From: Dudresnaya verticillata
Lineage: Eukaryota
Reading direction: 5' to 3'
Length of the DNA: 64,000 nt
Assembly (NCBI GenBank): GCA_977862235.1
Contig: OZ374564.1
Span: 1,116,001-1,180,000 of the forward strand
Shown here piece after piece: positions 63,199-64,000 of the stretch. The translations under genes and the position numbers were made by a program. The notes under the pieces are model-generated. The model had not been told where the DNA came from. It made no database searches and was given only the letters and a program-made list of their open reading frames with translations. Every line of letters starts with the position of its first letter. Within the stretch, counting starts at the first letter, position 1.

Positions 63199-64000
63199 TG
63201 TGGTATAGACGCTATCCGCGAAACGACTCCGTGGTCTACGTGAAAATAATCGAGAAATACGAATTTCGAAATGACTCCGTGAATGCGCACGCCACGATGG
63301 CAAACGTATTACAGTGCGCATACTGTGCGCGCGCCACGATGGCATTCGCATTACAGCTGATACGAAATCGCTGACACCTCCGGACGAATCCCGAGCCGAC
63401 TTCGTGATCGCGCGCGCCACGATGGCATTCGCATTACAGTGCGCACCCGATACGAAATCGTGACACCTTCGTGACTTTCCCGTTGTTTCCCGCGCGTAAC
63501 GGCACCGGGGCCCACGAGACACGCGCACCTCCGTATGCATCGCTGGTGCACTTCGCAACCGCCACCATACGTGAGGCGACCGTTCGTTGGCACCGAGGCC
63601 GTTACGAATCATTCGAGTACGAACCGTCTCCCGCATTGACGCGCATTCGTGCTCACTTAGTACTACTTAGCCAGTCGTCTAACACAACCTCCGAGGGTTT
63701 CCGGGATGCGACTAGCGCCCGGACCTCGGAGTCTTCGGTAAACGCCTGTTTCTTCGAGTTCGGTGTCTTGTTCGTGACCGCGGATACGGTCGAGCCTCGC
63801 TTTCGATAGCCCCGCGCACCCGGAGTCATCCCCGGGTGATCGATCGCTCGAGTTCTCCCTTCCGCACACGAATCCGTTGACACCGTGGCCCTTCGTGTTG
63901 GTCGCTCCGCTCTACCACGCTACCACCCCTTTTCGTTTCTCCGTTAGACTACGAGGCCATTCGTTAGGCTCCGAGGCCATTCCTTACAGTGCGAGACTTC
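63199..64000. mobile_element. LTR of the 5747-6499 family, inverted relative to that copy, inserted in the non-LTR RT; runs off the window
   Basis: Starts TGTGGTATA. Near-identical reverse complement of the solo LTR, with one extra internal repeat unit. Confidence 0.92.

Overview
Eukaryotic, almost entirely transposable-element DNA. The element types and GC level suggest a red-algal genome (inference only). No clear host housekeeping gene is present. From left to right: the 3' half of a chromodomain Ty3/Gypsy element (E1, + strand, 1-5466) inserted into a second Gypsy element (E2, - strand) that also carries a solo LTR with a 5-bp TSD; nested LTRs at 11.06-12.4 kb; a near-complete but decayed chromodomain Gypsy element (E3, - strand, 13075-28342) with a pogo/Tigger transposon in its 5' LTR; a decayed Copia element (about 30.0-34.6 kb); a decayed CMC-superfamily (Plavaka/Mirage/EnSpm-like) transposase with companion ORFs (about 35.3-45.5 kb); an intact orphan 299-aa ORF (48696-49595); several LTR fragments; and a CRE-like RLE non-LTR element interrupted by an LTR at the right edge. 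Main observation: E1 and E3 each carry an antisense ORF between the integrase and the 3' LTR. The two ORFs share an unrecognised Trp/Pro-rich domain, which also appears in the free-standing 299-aa ORF. Each element also carries many copies of its own palindromic DNA motif (E1: CCGT-N-ACGG, 10 copies; E3: CGTC-N3-GACG, 22 copies, clustered upstream of the antisense ORF). This suggests an element-encoded factor paired with a cognate binding motif, analogous to VANDAL/VANC; the function is hypothetical. All alignments and counts were made by eye.
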